Origin: an uncultured virus (IMG/VR IMGVR_UViG_2061766007_004243)
Lineage: Duplodnaviria > Heunggongvirae > Uroviricota > Caudoviricetes
DNA: 20,000 nt
Strand: one strand, 5' to 3'
Virus record (IMG/VR): IMGVR_UViG_2061766007_004243
Shown here one piece after another: positions 7,804-17,093 of this stretch. How positions within the stretch are numbered: position 1 is the first letter of the stretch; each line of letters opens with the position of its first letter. The position numbers and the translations under genes are program-made. The notes beneath the pieces were generated by a model. That model was not told the DNA's origin. It saw nothing but the letters and a program-made list of their open reading frames with translations, and ran no database searches.

Positions 7804-8087
7804 CGGGCATCACCTCCAATCTCATCCAGTATTCCGGCAACAGCGGCCGGATCGTCCAGCACATACACTCTGAAGCCCAGTCGCCGCAGGAGCCTGTGCC
7901 GTGACAGCTGCAGGGGCCGCGGCCTTTTGCCGGGAGCTTTCACTTCCACAAAGGCTATGCGCCCTACCGGCAGCAGCACCAGTCTGTCCGGCATGCCGTC
8001 CATCCCCGGGCAGACCAGTTTGGAACAGATTCCGCCCAGGTCTTTTACCGTCCGGACCAGTTTCTGCTCAATCTGCTTTTCTCGCAT
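7800..8087 (-). CDS. VRR-NUC domain nuclease
   Basis: MREKQIEQKL...GMPDRLVLLP...FVEVKAPGKRPRPLQ; GGAGG before ATG at 8087. Confidence 0.92.
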   Translation of the reverse strand: MREKQIEQKLVRTVKDLGGICSKLVCPGMDGMPDRLVLLPVGRIAFVEVKAPGKRPRPLQLSRHRLLRRLGFRVYVLDDPAAVAGILDEIGGDAR

Positions 8088-8305
8088 CTGACATACTCCT
8101 CCCAGCATTCTTCAAAAGTCTCCAGGCATTCATCGCAGGCGTTGTGACGATACAGATGCGCCAGAATGATCTCGTGCCAGTCGTCGAACTTGCACGAACT
8201 GTTTCTGGGGAAGTCTTCCTTATCGCGTTCCATGTCATACGCGAGATCACCCGCATTGGTAATCTGGCCTTTATGCGTTCTCATCATGTAAGTGTAAAAA
8301 GTCAT
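8045..8305 (-). CDS. YozE SAM-like domain protein
   Basis: MTFYTYMM...GDLAYDMERDKEDFP...FEECWEEY matches the YozE pattern; AAGGAG RBS. Confidence 0.7.
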   Translation of the reverse strand: MTFYTYMMRTHKGQITNAGDLAYDMERDKEDFPRNSSCKFDDWHEIILAHLYRHNACDECLETFEECWEEYVRCEKSRLSRNWSGR

Positions 8306-8358
8306 TTTGGTTCTCCTTCTTTTGTCATGCGGTCTTCTTCACCGTCTTTCAGTTGTTC

Positions 8359-8568
8359 CACACAAACCCCCTTTATTTACAGGGGGGTTTTCACATATGT
8401 CAGCCCAGTCATTTATGTCTTGAAATAAAGGGTATAAAACCTTATTCTGTAGTAGTAAAAATATATAATAATAATTATTATCTTTTTTTGACTGACTATG
8501 TGTAATGACATAAATGACGGGACTGTCCAAAGACTGAAACCTCCCTAAAATACAGAGGGTTTTGTGTG
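8359..8568. repeat. Imperfect ~61-bp inverted repeat around an AT-rich core; candidate replication origin
   Basis: Arm 8359-8419 (CACACAAACCCC...GTCATTTATGTC) matches the reverse complement of 8507-8568 (GACATAAATGAC...GGGTTTTGTGTG); core 8420-8506 is very AT-rich; immediately downstream of the primase gene. Confidence 0.7.
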
Positions 8569-8576
8569 TTGGGGTG

Positions 8577-11096
8577 TCATTCGGAACGGACGACGCTTGT
8601 TATGTCAAACTGACAATAGTAGTGTTCGACCCAGGGGTTGACGAGATAGGCCGGCATGGGCGGTCTTCCCTTGCCATAGCTTGCCGTGGGCTGGACAGTG
8701 GTGATATAGCCGTAGTCCTCGAGGAAATCCAGGACGGGCTGGATTTCAGCCACAGTCTTGAACATCTGGCAGTTGCGCATGGCCGTCCTGCGGTTGAACT
8801 CCTGCAGCCGCTTGTCATGCAGCATCTTCAGAATCTTGTGCGCGTTCTGGAACATGGCGTTATCGGGCAGGACGTTGAACACAGCCTGGGCGTGGTTCAG
8901 GAAGTACCTTCCCAGCCGGATGGCATTTTTCATTGTCTGCCCATCGATCACAAGCGGCTCGGGCACATCGAGAAAGTCATGGCAGCGCTCGACAGACGAC
9001 CTGCACAGCAGCCCCGCAATACGCAGCGTATTGCCAGGCAGCTTGCCACACCAGTCTGCGATTTCGGCGTACTCCTTCACGAGCTTGCCTTCGATCTCGT
9101 CCGAGAACGCTTCCAGCAGCCTGTCCGCTTCAGGGGACAACGTGATGAGCTCAGGCCTTTCCGAGTACTCATCTTCCAGCAGGTTGAAGATACGGCGCTC
9201 ATAGGCTTCGTAGACGCCGGGCGGGACCTGCGTACTCCGGTACTGCCTTGATCCGACGATGGATTTGGGCATGCTGTAGAGGAAACGCGCGGTGAGGCCC
9301 CTGCCGCGGAAGGTCTTGTTGCTCAGGACCCTGGACACGGCTTCAGGCTGCGCCATCATGAGAATCGTGAGCGAGGGTCGCATAATGCTCTCGCTTTCCC
9401 TGCCGATACGGTCAACCCGGATTGGATCTCCAGAATAACTTTTAAGCAGCACGTCAATATTGGGCATTTTGCTGTATGCGCCCGCGAAGGTGTCGAACAG
9501 GCCCGCTTCGCTGGAAAGCACCGACATGCGTCCGTCGTTCTCAGCCAGCACGGACACCAGTTTTTCCGGCGTGATGTCATCCGCGAACAGACGAAGGGGC
9601 TTCCGCGGGATGTATTCCGTCAGTTCCCTGGCGATTTTGTCCGCTTCGGACTGCTCCGCTTTCCCTTTTGCGATCTGCTCCTCGATCGCTTTTTGCCTGC
9701 GTTCAAGGATGCGCATGTGCATGCGGCTCGTTTCGACCGCTGCGGCGTGCTCCCGGTTATAACGGCTCTCGTAAGTGCTGAGCGGGCTTACCGGTCCGTG
9801 CTGCGCAGCGGATTTTCTCTCGGACGGTGCCGCGATAACAACTTCATACAAGTGTGGCGGCTCCTTCCAGTCGGGCTTGGCCTGAATTTCGTATTTGCCA
9901 TTCATGCTTGCCGATACTGCACTAAGAACGCTGCAGCCTACCATGTCGGGTGGTACCTGAATGCTGTCAGCGTAGGCGTTTACGTAGTCTGCCAAAACAG
10001 GAGGCAGCGCGTCCACGGGAAATGCGGTAATAGTATGTTTGCCAAAGGGAATCGGCTCCTCCCATGAGGAAGACACTTCTTCGAAATCCTTCTGCGCCTT
10101 CGCCGTCCGCTCCGTCTGCAGCGCTTTGCAGACCTCTTCATCCTCTTCGGCCAGCGCGCACATCTGCTGGAACGAGCCCTCCCCGTCGCCAAAGCGGTGC
10201 AGCCGGACGAGGTCGAAGGCGTTCAGCAGTTTGCCCCCAGCCGGGTCAGTCGCGTGATGGCTGTAGGCAAATTTACCGTCGTAGATCACGACGCCTGCTG
10301 TGCCCTCGCCGGGGATGTAATCGTAGCGGCCTTCCTTGAGAGACGGCGAATATACACTTGACAGGTACTTTTTGATCGCGTCGTGGATGCTGTAGGTGCG
10401 GCAGAACGCACCGACAATGCCGCTTTTGGTCAGCGGGTCTTCCTGCTTTCTGCCGTCGGAAGCCCGCAGCGGCTTTTCCTTGCTGGCGATCGGCAATTTG
10501 GAACAGTCGCGCCAATCCGGATACGCGGCAAGGAAATCCATGGCGTTCAGGAACGGTCCGTCGACCACCTTACAGATGTACTCGCCGTCTGACGGAGTCG
10601 AAGGCCAGTACATCAGCTGGTTTACCTTGTAGGAGCACATATCAAACTGGTCGATGCCCCACTGAGCGGCAAAGTATCTGGCGACCGCGTTATAGCAGTC
10701 CGGGGTGATGTCCTTTTCGAAGGGCATTACAATCCTGTACCGGGGAGCCTCGGGCGTATGCCCGTGGGTGGTATAAACCGCCGCCGCATAACCGCACCGG
10801 CTGAGAAACTTATTCAGGAACCCCATGTCTGCGGTGTCGGAATCGAGTGTGAGCAGCGACCGGCATTCCACGTTCTCTGCCAGGCGTCTGCCGTCCCTGA
10901 GGCTGCCGCCGACAAAACCGCCGATGTCTTTTGCCTTCTCTTTATCGTCCCGGCTCATGGCGTGATACTCTGCAACCGTCTCGCGCGTCCTGAGCGTGGT
11001 CTTCAGCTTCTCGCAGAGCTTTTCCCAGCTGATCGTGCTGTTCGTCCATTTCAGGGAGTCGGCGCTGCGGCCGAGGGCAATCTTTAAATCGCGCAT
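8577..11096 (-). CDS. Phage primase-like N-terminal domain fused to a DUF3987 (YfjI-like) P-loop domain
   Basis: KDIGGFVGG, RSLLTLDSD, YTTHGHTPEAPRYR, QLMYWPS, AYSHHATDP (N-terminus typical of VapE-type phage proteins); FPVDALP, APSERKS, DDITPEKL, RGRGLTARFL, GRPP...YLVNP (DUF3987); AAAGGAG before ATG at 11096. Confidence 0.85.
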   Translation of the reverse strand: MRDLKIALGRSADSLKWTNSTISWEKLCEKLKTTLRTRETVAEYHAMSRDDKEKAKDIGGFVGGSLRDGRRLAENVECRSLLTLDSDTADMGFLNKFLSRCGYAAAVYTTHGHTPEAPRYRIVMPFEKDITPDCYNAVARYFAAQWGIDQFDMCSYKVNQLMYWPSTPSDGEYICKVVDGPFLNAMDFLAAYPDWRDCSKLPIASKEKPLRASDGRKQEDPLTKSGIVGAFCRTYSIHDAIKKYLSSVYSPSLKEGRYDYIPGEGTAGVVIYDGKFAYSHHATDPAGGKLLNAFDLVRLHRFGDGEGSFQQMCALAEEDEEVCKALQTERTAKAQKDFEEVSSSWEEPIPFGKHTITAFPVDALPPVLADYVNAYADSIQVPPDMVGCSVLSAVSASMNGKYEIQAKPDWKEPPHLYEVVIAAPSERKSAAQHGPVSPLSTYESRYNREHAAAVETSRMHMRILERRQKAIEEQIAKGKAEQSEADKIARELTEYIPRKPLRLFADDITPEKLVSVLAENDGRMSVLSSEAGLFDTFAGAYSKMPNIDVLLKSYSGDPIRVDRIGRESESIMRPSLTILMMAQPEAVSRVLSNKTFRGRGLTARFLYSMPKSIVGSRQYRSTQVPPGVYEAYERRIFNLLEDEYSERPELITLSPEADRLLEAFSDEIEGKLVKEYAEIADWCGKLPGNTLRIAGLLCRSSVERCHDFLDVPEPLVIDGQTMKNAIRLGRYFLNHAQAVFNVLPDNAMFQNAHKILKMLHDKRLQEFNRRTAMRNCQMFKTVAEIQPVLDFLEDYGYITTVQPTASYGKGRPPMPAYLVNPWVEHYYCQFDITSVVRSE

Positions 11097-11110
11097 ATCT
11101 GGTTCTCCTT

Positions 11111-12208
11111 TCACAGAATAATTTCACGGTCGCGTCCGTCGAGACTCATACGGAACTCCCTCAATGCGCCTTTCCAGTAGGGCTGAATGAAAACCGTTTT
11201 GCCGTCCCCGTAGTGACGCCAATGACCGATCACATACCAGACCAGTGTGTGGCGTTCGAATTCACGGTCAGAGCCGTATTGAGCCCTATGGATGTCATCC
11301 GCGTTAATGACATGCTTACGGATATAACGGACAAATCTCCTGTGATTGCCTTTCTTTCCATATGCCGCGTATACGGGTTCGGTTCGGGGATTACGGAAGA
11401 CGTCCTTTACGGTCGGGTGCAGCAGCGCAACCTGGATGCCGTACCACGTAGTCATATGCTCGTAGACAAGATCAATCATGCCCATCTGCTTCCACTGCCG
11501 TCTGCATGAATTAAGTATCTCCGCAGGAACATTGCGATGACCTGTTTTTTCGATCATTATTGTGTCTACTCCCTTGCAAACGCTGAACGGAAAGATGAAC
11601 GTGTACCCATTAAGATCAATAAGCAGAGCGCCGACATCAACCGGCTCGTCGCCCGCCGATTCTATGCGTTCCCTGTAATCCGGAAAAATGACGACGCGGT
11701 AAGAACAGACCAGGCCGTTGGGTTCATCGGTTTCGTCCACGACGATCTCACAGTCCATCATCGGGATTCTCCCGCTGAAAAAGATGTCGGAAGGTAACCG
11801 CCCCTTCGGAACGGAGCAGCCCTTCATCCAAAGCTCGCACAGGGCCTCGTCATCCGCTCTTTTCAGGCATATTCTGTCGTCGGGGCGCGAACGCCTGATG
11901 TCCTGCCAAAGCGCTTCGTTCTCTGATCTGTTCAGAAACTTTACTGGAAAAAGATTCAGCGCGCTGTTTGCGCTGTTGATTTTGCCGGTGGAGAGTATTT
12001 TGCTGAGCGCATCCTGACAACGCCTGGGGGTGACGCCCGCTGCTTCGGCATAAAGCTTTGCTTCATCCATGAAACGGAAAAAATCTTCTTCCGGCATTGA
12101 GAGAAACCAAGCGCGCGTTTTTTCATACATATCGATAGTCAGGACCTGCCTCACTGCGTACAGCACTTCGTCTACGACCTGTTCCCTGGGCATATTCCTG
12201 TAGTCCAT
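11111..12208 (-). CDS. Hypothetical phage protein with C-terminal GHWRHY...FIQPYWKG motif
   Basis: 365-aa ORF with AGGAGG RBS, co-oriented with the primase. Confidence 0.8.
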   Translation of the reverse strand: MDYRNMPREQVVDEVLYAVRQVLTIDMYEKTRAWFLSMPEEDFFRFMDEAKLYAEAAGVTPRRCQDALSKILSTGKINSANSALNLFPVKFLNRSENEALWQDIRRSRPDDRICLKRADDEALCELWMKGCSVPKGRLPSDIFFSGRIPMMDCEIVVDETDEPNGLVCSYRVVIFPDYRERIESAGDEPVDVGALLIDLNGYTFIFPFSVCKGVDTIMIEKTGHRNVPAEILNSCRRQWKQMGMIDLVYEHMTTWYGIQVALLHPTVKDVFRNPRTEPVYAAYGKKGNHRRFVRYIRKHVINADDIHRAQYGSDREFERHTLVWYVIGHWRHYGDGKTVFIQPYWKGALREFRMSLDGRDREIIL

Positions 12209-12378
12209 AAGTCAACCTCCTATTAAATTGTTTTGAGTCTTTCATCTTTCTGAGCAAGCCATCTTACCCGGTGAGGTAATGGGATTCTGTATAAACTGCT
12301 CCTAACTGGTGTCGCCGTATCGCATATTCGCACATTCCTTTCATGTGATAGTGGGAGGCGGATCATCCTCTCACCAGC

Positions 12379-12578
12379 TATGTAGCCAAACAGTGCATTT
12401 TTCCGGTCCGCAGAAAAATATTTTTTCTGCGCGCGGGCGTGAAAAGTTTTCTGAAAAAAGTTTCGGGGGCACCGGAAAAACAGGTCCTTTGGCTACATAG
12501 CTTGTGGAAGGACGAAATCCGGAGCGTCCTTCAAAAAAGTTTTCGGATGACCGGAAAAACAGGTGGTTTGGCTACATA
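12379..12578. promoter_or_regulatory. Three copies of ACCGGAAAAA-N7-TTTGGCTACATA (one minus, two plus) in the divergent intergenic region
   Basis: Minus copy 12379-12407; plus copies 12471-12499 and 12550-12578; both boxes are identical in all copies with a variable 7-nt spacer. Confidence 0.8.
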
Positions 12579-12598
12579 TCGGGTGAAAGGAGGTCCAC

Positions 12599-12769
12599 AT
12601 GGATGAAAACAGGCCCGCCAATGATCAGGAACTGATCGATGTGCTGATCGCAATCAGCGTTGTAGCGAGGCGATTGGCAAGGAAACTGGAAATCTTGGAA
12701 AAGGAGAAACACCATGAGCAAAATGAACGAACTGATGCAGACGCTGGATGCCCTTATCGCGTGCGGTGA
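12599..12769 (+). CDS. Small phage protein (56 aa, ELIDVLIAISVVARRLARKL)
   Basis: Strong RBS AAAGGAGGT before ATG 12599; below the ORF track cut-off; resembles the small ORF that precedes this type of replication operon. Confidence 0.6.
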   Translation: MDENRPANDQELIDVLIAISVVARRLARKLEILEKEKHHEQNERTDADAGCPYRVR

Positions 12770-13082
12770 GACGCTCATCCGGTCGGCATCTGCCATCCGC
12801 GAAATGTTCAAAAGTGACGCGGAACTGACACCGGCGCATGATCCCGACCTGCCGTGGCCTGAAAAGGGAGAGCCCGCGCAGCAGGAGCTTCCAAAGGAGG
12901 GCCCCGAAGCAAAGACATACGCAAAAGAAGATGTCCGCGCCATGCTGGCTGAGTTGTCACAGACGGGGCACCGTGCTGAAGCAAAAGCGCTGGTAAGCAA
13001 ATACAGCGGAGGCGGCACTTTTGCGGACGTGCCTGCCGCGAAGTATAACGAACTGGTAAAGGAGATTATAAGCTATGCCTGA
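12714..13082 (+). CDS. Conserved phage protein (family often labelled 'rRNA biogenesis protein rrp5')
   Basis: MSKMNEL...EDVRAMLAELSQTGHRAEAKALVSKY...VPAAKYNEL; AAGGAG RBS; precedes DUF2800. Confidence 0.75.
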   Translation: MSKMNELMQTLDALIACGETLIRSASAIREMFKSDAELTPAHDPDLPWPEKGEPAQQELPKEGPEAKTYAKEDVRAMLAELSQTGHRAEAKALVSKYSGGGTFADVPAAKYNELVKEIISYA

Positions 13083-14198
13083 TCACGCGCTGCTATCCGC
13101 GTCGTCCAGCTACCGCTGGCTCAACTGTCCGCCCAGCGCGAGGCTTGCAGCTGAATACCCTGATACCTCATCCCCCTATTCCCTGCAAGGCACGCAGGCG
13201 CACAGCCTTGCCGCCTATAAGGTAATGCGGGCGTTGGGCATGGACGCAAAAGACCCCACCGGGGAGTTGACCCTGTTAGATCATGAAATGGAAGACTGCA
13301 CCGACGCTTACTGCGCCTTCGTCATGGAACAGCTGGCGGAGACCAAGAAGCACTGTTCCGACCCCGTTGTGCTGGTAGAGCAGCGGCTGGACTTCTCCCA
13401 CTGGGTACCTGAGGGCTTTGGCACAGGAGACGCCTGCATCGTAGCTGATGACCACCTGCACGTCATCGATTTCAAATACGGCATGGGCGTTCTTGTGGAA
13501 GCTGAGCGCAATCCGCAGATGATGTGCTACGCACTGGGGCTGTTGGAGGCTTTCGACGAAATCTACACTATCCGCACAATCCGTATGAGCATCTTTCAGC
13601 CCCGGCGAGACAATGTTTCGACGTATGAGATCAGCAAGCGCGATCTGCTTTTCTGGGCTGAGACTGTGCTCGCCCCTACCGCCAAACTGGCATACAAGGG
13701 AGAAGGCACCTTCAAGGCGGGCGATCACTGCCGGTTCTGCCCCGTCAAGGCTACCTGCCGGAAACGGGCCGAGTACAACCTGGAAATGGCGCGCTACGAC
13801 TTTACGCCGCCTGCGACACTAAGCGAGGATGAAGTCGCCGCAATACTGCCCCGCCTGGACGAGCTGGTGGCGTGGGCGGATGATGTGAGAGCTCATGCCC
13901 TGGCGCAGGCGATCTCGGGCACACACTATCCTGGGTTTAAGCTTGTAGCCGGACGCTCCGTAACAAAGTACACCGACGAGGACGCCGTGGCGCTTGCCGT
14001 CAANNNNNNNNNNNNNNNNNNNNNNNNNNNNNNNNNNNNNNNNNNNNNNNNNNNNNNNNNNNNNNNNNCTTTGATGAGCTGCTTGGCGGTCTGACCTACA
14101 AACCCCAGGGCAAACCCGCGCTCGTGCCGGAGAGCGATAAACGCCCGGCAATCACTACAGTCAACAATGATTTTATGGAGGAAAATGAACATGAGTAA
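13075..14198 (+). CDS. DUF2800 PD-(D/E)XK (Cas4-like) phage nuclease, spanning gap 14004-14068
   Basis: HALLSASSSYRWLNCPPS, VEQRLD, GFGTGDA, VIDFKYG, NPQMMCYALG, GDHCRFC...C; after the gap FDELLGGLTYKPQGKPALVPESDKRP...TAA at 14196-14198. Confidence 0.9.
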
Positions 14199-14754
14199 AT
14201 TCGTCAATTCCTGCAAAGTAATCACCGGTCCCAATACCCGCTGGTTCTACGCAAACGTGTGGGAAGCCCGCGCCATCAACGGCGGGACACCCAAGTTCTC
14301 CGTCAGCCTGATCATCCCGAAAACGGACACAGAGACCATAAATAAAATCAACCGTGCAATTCAGGCTGCTTACGAGGAAGGCCAAAGCAAGCTGAAGGGC
14401 ACCAGTAAGTACATGCCCAGTCTTGAGGACATCAAGAACCCGCTGCGCGACGGCGACAAGGAGCGCAAGGGCGATCCCACGTATGCCGGGTGCATGTTCA
14501 TCAACGCCAACAGCAGCACCGCGCCGGGCATCGTGGACGCCGACCGTCAGCCCATTCTGGAGCGTTCCGAGGTATACTCCGGCGTGTATGGCAGGGCGAG
14601 CATTACCTTCTACGCCTTCAACTCCAACGGCAATCGCGGTATCGCCTGCGGCCTGAACAACCTGCAGAAGATCCGTGACGGTGAGCCGCTGGGAAGCCGC
14701 AGCCGTGCTGAGGATGACTTCGACACCGATGATGACGACGATTTCCTGTCATAA
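14191..14754 (+). CDS. DUF2815 single-stranded DNA-binding protein (T7 gp2.5-like)
   Basis: PKFSVSLIIPK, PLRDGD, EVYSGVYGRAS, GIACGLNNLQKIRDGEPLG and an acidic tail; GGAGG at 14177-14181. Confidence 0.93.
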   Translation: MSKFVNSCKVITGPNTRWFYANVWEARAINGGTPKFSVSLIIPKTDTETINKINRAIQAAYEEGQSKLKGTSKYMPSLEDIKNPLRDGDKERKGDPTYAGCMFINANSSTAPGIVDADRQPILERSEVYSGVYGRASITFYAFNSNGNRGIACGLNNLQKIRDGEPLGSRSRAEDDFDTDDDDDFLS

Positions 14755-14761
14755 AAAAACA

Positions 14762-14794
14762 CCGGGCAGCAGAGTGATGAGCTCTGCTGCCCGG
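14762..14794. terminator. Perfect 13-bp hairpin between the SSB and polymerase genes
   Basis: CCGGGCAGCAGAG-TGATGAG-CTCTGCTGCCCGG, preceded by an A run (T tail on the minus strand). Confidence 0.55.
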
Positions 14795-14811
14795 CAGGAT
14801 TGGAGGGTAAT

Positions 14812-16794
14812 GTGAAATCAATCTCGATTGATATTGAAACCCGGAGCAGTGTTGATCTGGGTAAATGTGGAGTTTATAAGTATGTCGAGAGCCCCGATTT
14901 CGACATACTGCTCTTTGGCTACGCTGTCGATGCCGGTGAGGTGCAGGTCGTCGATCTGGCCTGTGGGGAGCAGATTCCGGAAGAAGTGTTGCTGGCGATC
15001 GTCGACGAATCCGTTGTGAAATGGGCGTTCAATGCGTCTTTCGAGAGAATCTGTCTGTCGACCTGGCTCAGGAAGAACAGGCCTGATCTGTTCCAAAGCT
15101 ACGGCATACCGGAGGACAGCGTTGGCAATTATCTCGATCCACGGTCATGGCGCTGCTCCCTTGTATGGTCGGCTTATCTGGGCCTGCCTTTATCGCTCCA
15201 GGGCGTCGGCGCTGTACTGAAGCTGGAAGACCAGAAAATGACAGAAGGTAAGGCACTCATTCGCTATTTCTGTATGCCCTGCAAACCGACCTCCGCCAAC
15301 GGCGGCAGGACATGGAATCTTCCGGAACACGCGCCTGACAAGTGGGCTGTGTTTAAAGAGTATAACAAGCGTGACGTTGAAGTAGAAATGGCGATACAGA
15401 AAAAGCTGTCTGCATTTCCTGTTCCTGATTCCGTTTGGGATGAATACCATCTGTCCGAAGAAATAAACGACCGGGGCATCGCCCTGGACAGGGAGTTGGT
15501 CAAACAGGCCATCACCCTTGACGATCTATCCCGGGACGAGCTCTCCGCCGAAATGCAACGACTGACGCAGATGGAAAATCCAAACTCCGTTTCGCAGATG
15601 AAGCAGTGGTTGGCCGATCACGGGATGGAAGTGGAATCACTGGACAAAAAAGCTGTGAAAGAGCTGCTGAAAACTGCGCCACCGGAACTGGCAAAGGCGC
15701 TGGAGCTCCGTCAGCAGCTTGCCCGGTCGAGCGTGAAGAAGTATATCGCCATGGAAAACTGCGTATGCGCAGACGGGCGCTGCCGGGGAATGTTCCAGTT
15801 CTATGGGGCGAACCGCTCTGGGAGATGGGCAGGCAGGCTTGTGCAGTTGCAGAATTTGCCGCAGAATCACATCCCGGATCTGGGGTCTGCACGTGATCTC
15901 GTCAAGGCAGGCGATTATGATATGCTCCGCCTGCTGTATGAGGATGTCCCCGATACGCTCAGTCAGCTGATCCGGACAGCCTTCGTGCCGAAGCCCGGAT
16001 ACAAGTTTATCGTCAGCGATTTCAGCGCCATTGAAGCCAGGGTAATCGCGTACCTGGCCGGGGAAACCTGGCGCACGGAGGTGTTCCGCAACAACGGTGA
16101 TATTTACTGCGCAAGTGCAAGTCAGATGTTTCATGTGCCTGTGGAGAAGCACGGGATCAACGGTCATCTCCGGCAAAAAGGCAAAATAGCCGAGTTGGCT
16201 TTGGGCTACGGCGGCAGCAGCGGAGCCTTGCGGGCAATGGGTGGTTTGGAGATGGGCCTGAAAGAAGAGGAACTTCAACCACTGGTCGCAGCATGGCGCG
16301 AGGCCAATCCCAACATTGTGTCCTTCTGGTGGGCTGCCGATGAGGCCGTTAAGAAAGCAATCCGGCAGAGGACAGAAACCGAAACACACGGCATCCAGTT
16401 CACGTGCCAGAGCGCTATGCTGTTTATCACCTTGCCCTCCGGCAGACGGCTGGCTTATGTAAAGCCGAAGATTGACTTCAACAAGTTTGGTGGCGAATCA
16501 GTCACCTATGAGGGTGTTGGCACCACAAAAAAGTGGGAGAGAATCGAAAGTTATGGGCCAAAGTTCGTGGAAAACATTGTACAGGCCATAAGCAGAGACA
16601 TTTTGTGCTACGCCATGCGAACATTGTCACACTGCTTCATCTGCGGGCACATCCATGATGAACTTATTATCGAAGCCAGCAAGGGTGTAAATTTGCAGGC
16701 AGTCTGCGAACAGATGGGCCGGGTACCGCCGTGGCTACCAGGGGCTGTGCTGAGGGCTGATGGGTATGAGTGCGAGTTTTACATGAAGGATTAA
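14812..16794 (+). CDS. Phage family A DNA polymerase with 3'-5' exonuclease
   Basis: SIDIET, AFNASFER, GRWAGRLVQLQNLP, motif A VSDFSAIEARV, motif B RQKGKIAELALGYG, motif C HIHDE; GGAGG before GTG at 14812. Confidence 0.95.
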   Translation: MKSISIDIETRSSVDLGKCGVYKYVESPDFDILLFGYAVDAGEVQVVDLACGEQIPEEVLLAIVDESVVKWAFNASFERICLSTWLRKNRPDLFQSYGIPEDSVGNYLDPRSWRCSLVWSAYLGLPLSLQGVGAVLKLEDQKMTEGKALIRYFCMPCKPTSANGGRTWNLPEHAPDKWAVFKEYNKRDVEVEMAIQKKLSAFPVPDSVWDEYHLSEEINDRGIALDRELVKQAITLDDLSRDELSAEMQRLTQMENPNSVSQMKQWLADHGMEVESLDKKAVKELLKTAPPELAKALELRQQLARSSVKKYIAMENCVCADGRCRGMFQFYGANRSGRWAGRLVQLQNLPQNHIPDLGSARDLVKAGDYDMLRLLYEDVPDTLSQLIRTAFVPKPGYKFIVSDFSAIEARVIAYLAGETWRTEVFRNNGDIYCASASQMFHVPVEKHGINGHLRQKGKIAELALGYGGSSGALRAMGGLEMGLKEEELQPLVAAWREANPNIVSFWWAADEAVKKAIRQRTETETHGIQFTCQSAMLFITLPSGRRLAYVKPKIDFNKFGGESVTYEGVGTTKKWERIESYGPKFVENIVQAISRDILCYAMRTLSHCFICGHIHDELIIEASKGVNLQAVCEQMGRVPPWLPGAVLRADGYECEFYMKD

Positions 16795-16888
16795 CATCCT
16801 CATACGACGGATTAACACTGCTCTCCCCTTTCATGGGCGCGGTGCTTCGTTGCTCATAGCATTACTTTTGCTTTTTATTCTATGTCAG

Positions 16889-16917
16889 TTGACAGACACA
16901 TATGCTCATGCTATAAT
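16889..16917 (+). promoter_or_regulatory. Consensus sigma-70/SigA promoter for the XRE gene
   Basis: TTGACA 16889-16894, 17-nt spacer, TG-n-TATAAT 16912-16917. Confidence 0.85.
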
Positions 16918-17093
16918 ACAAAGTACCAATTAGGGAATATTGTCCGTTTGGACGTGTTGAGGTAAATATATGGATTTTATTAAATTTGAGTTTCCTCTCC
17001 AGCGCATCAATGGCGAAGACTATATCGTTGGTTTGGACGATGCCGGCGTTCTTAAACATAGAAGAAAGCANNNNNNNNNNCTGAGGTAAATAT

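Noticed and set aside
14004..14068. Apparent truncation of DUF2800 at 14094
   Set aside because: The frame change is caused by the N-run; the conserved C-terminus resumes in another frame and ends at 14198.
13075..14198. Cas4-like nuclease as evidence of CRISPR-Cas
   Set aside because: It is the standard DUF2800 gene of this replication operon; no other cas genes or repeat-spacer array, and the 12.4 kb and 19.8 kb repeats are too few and irregular.
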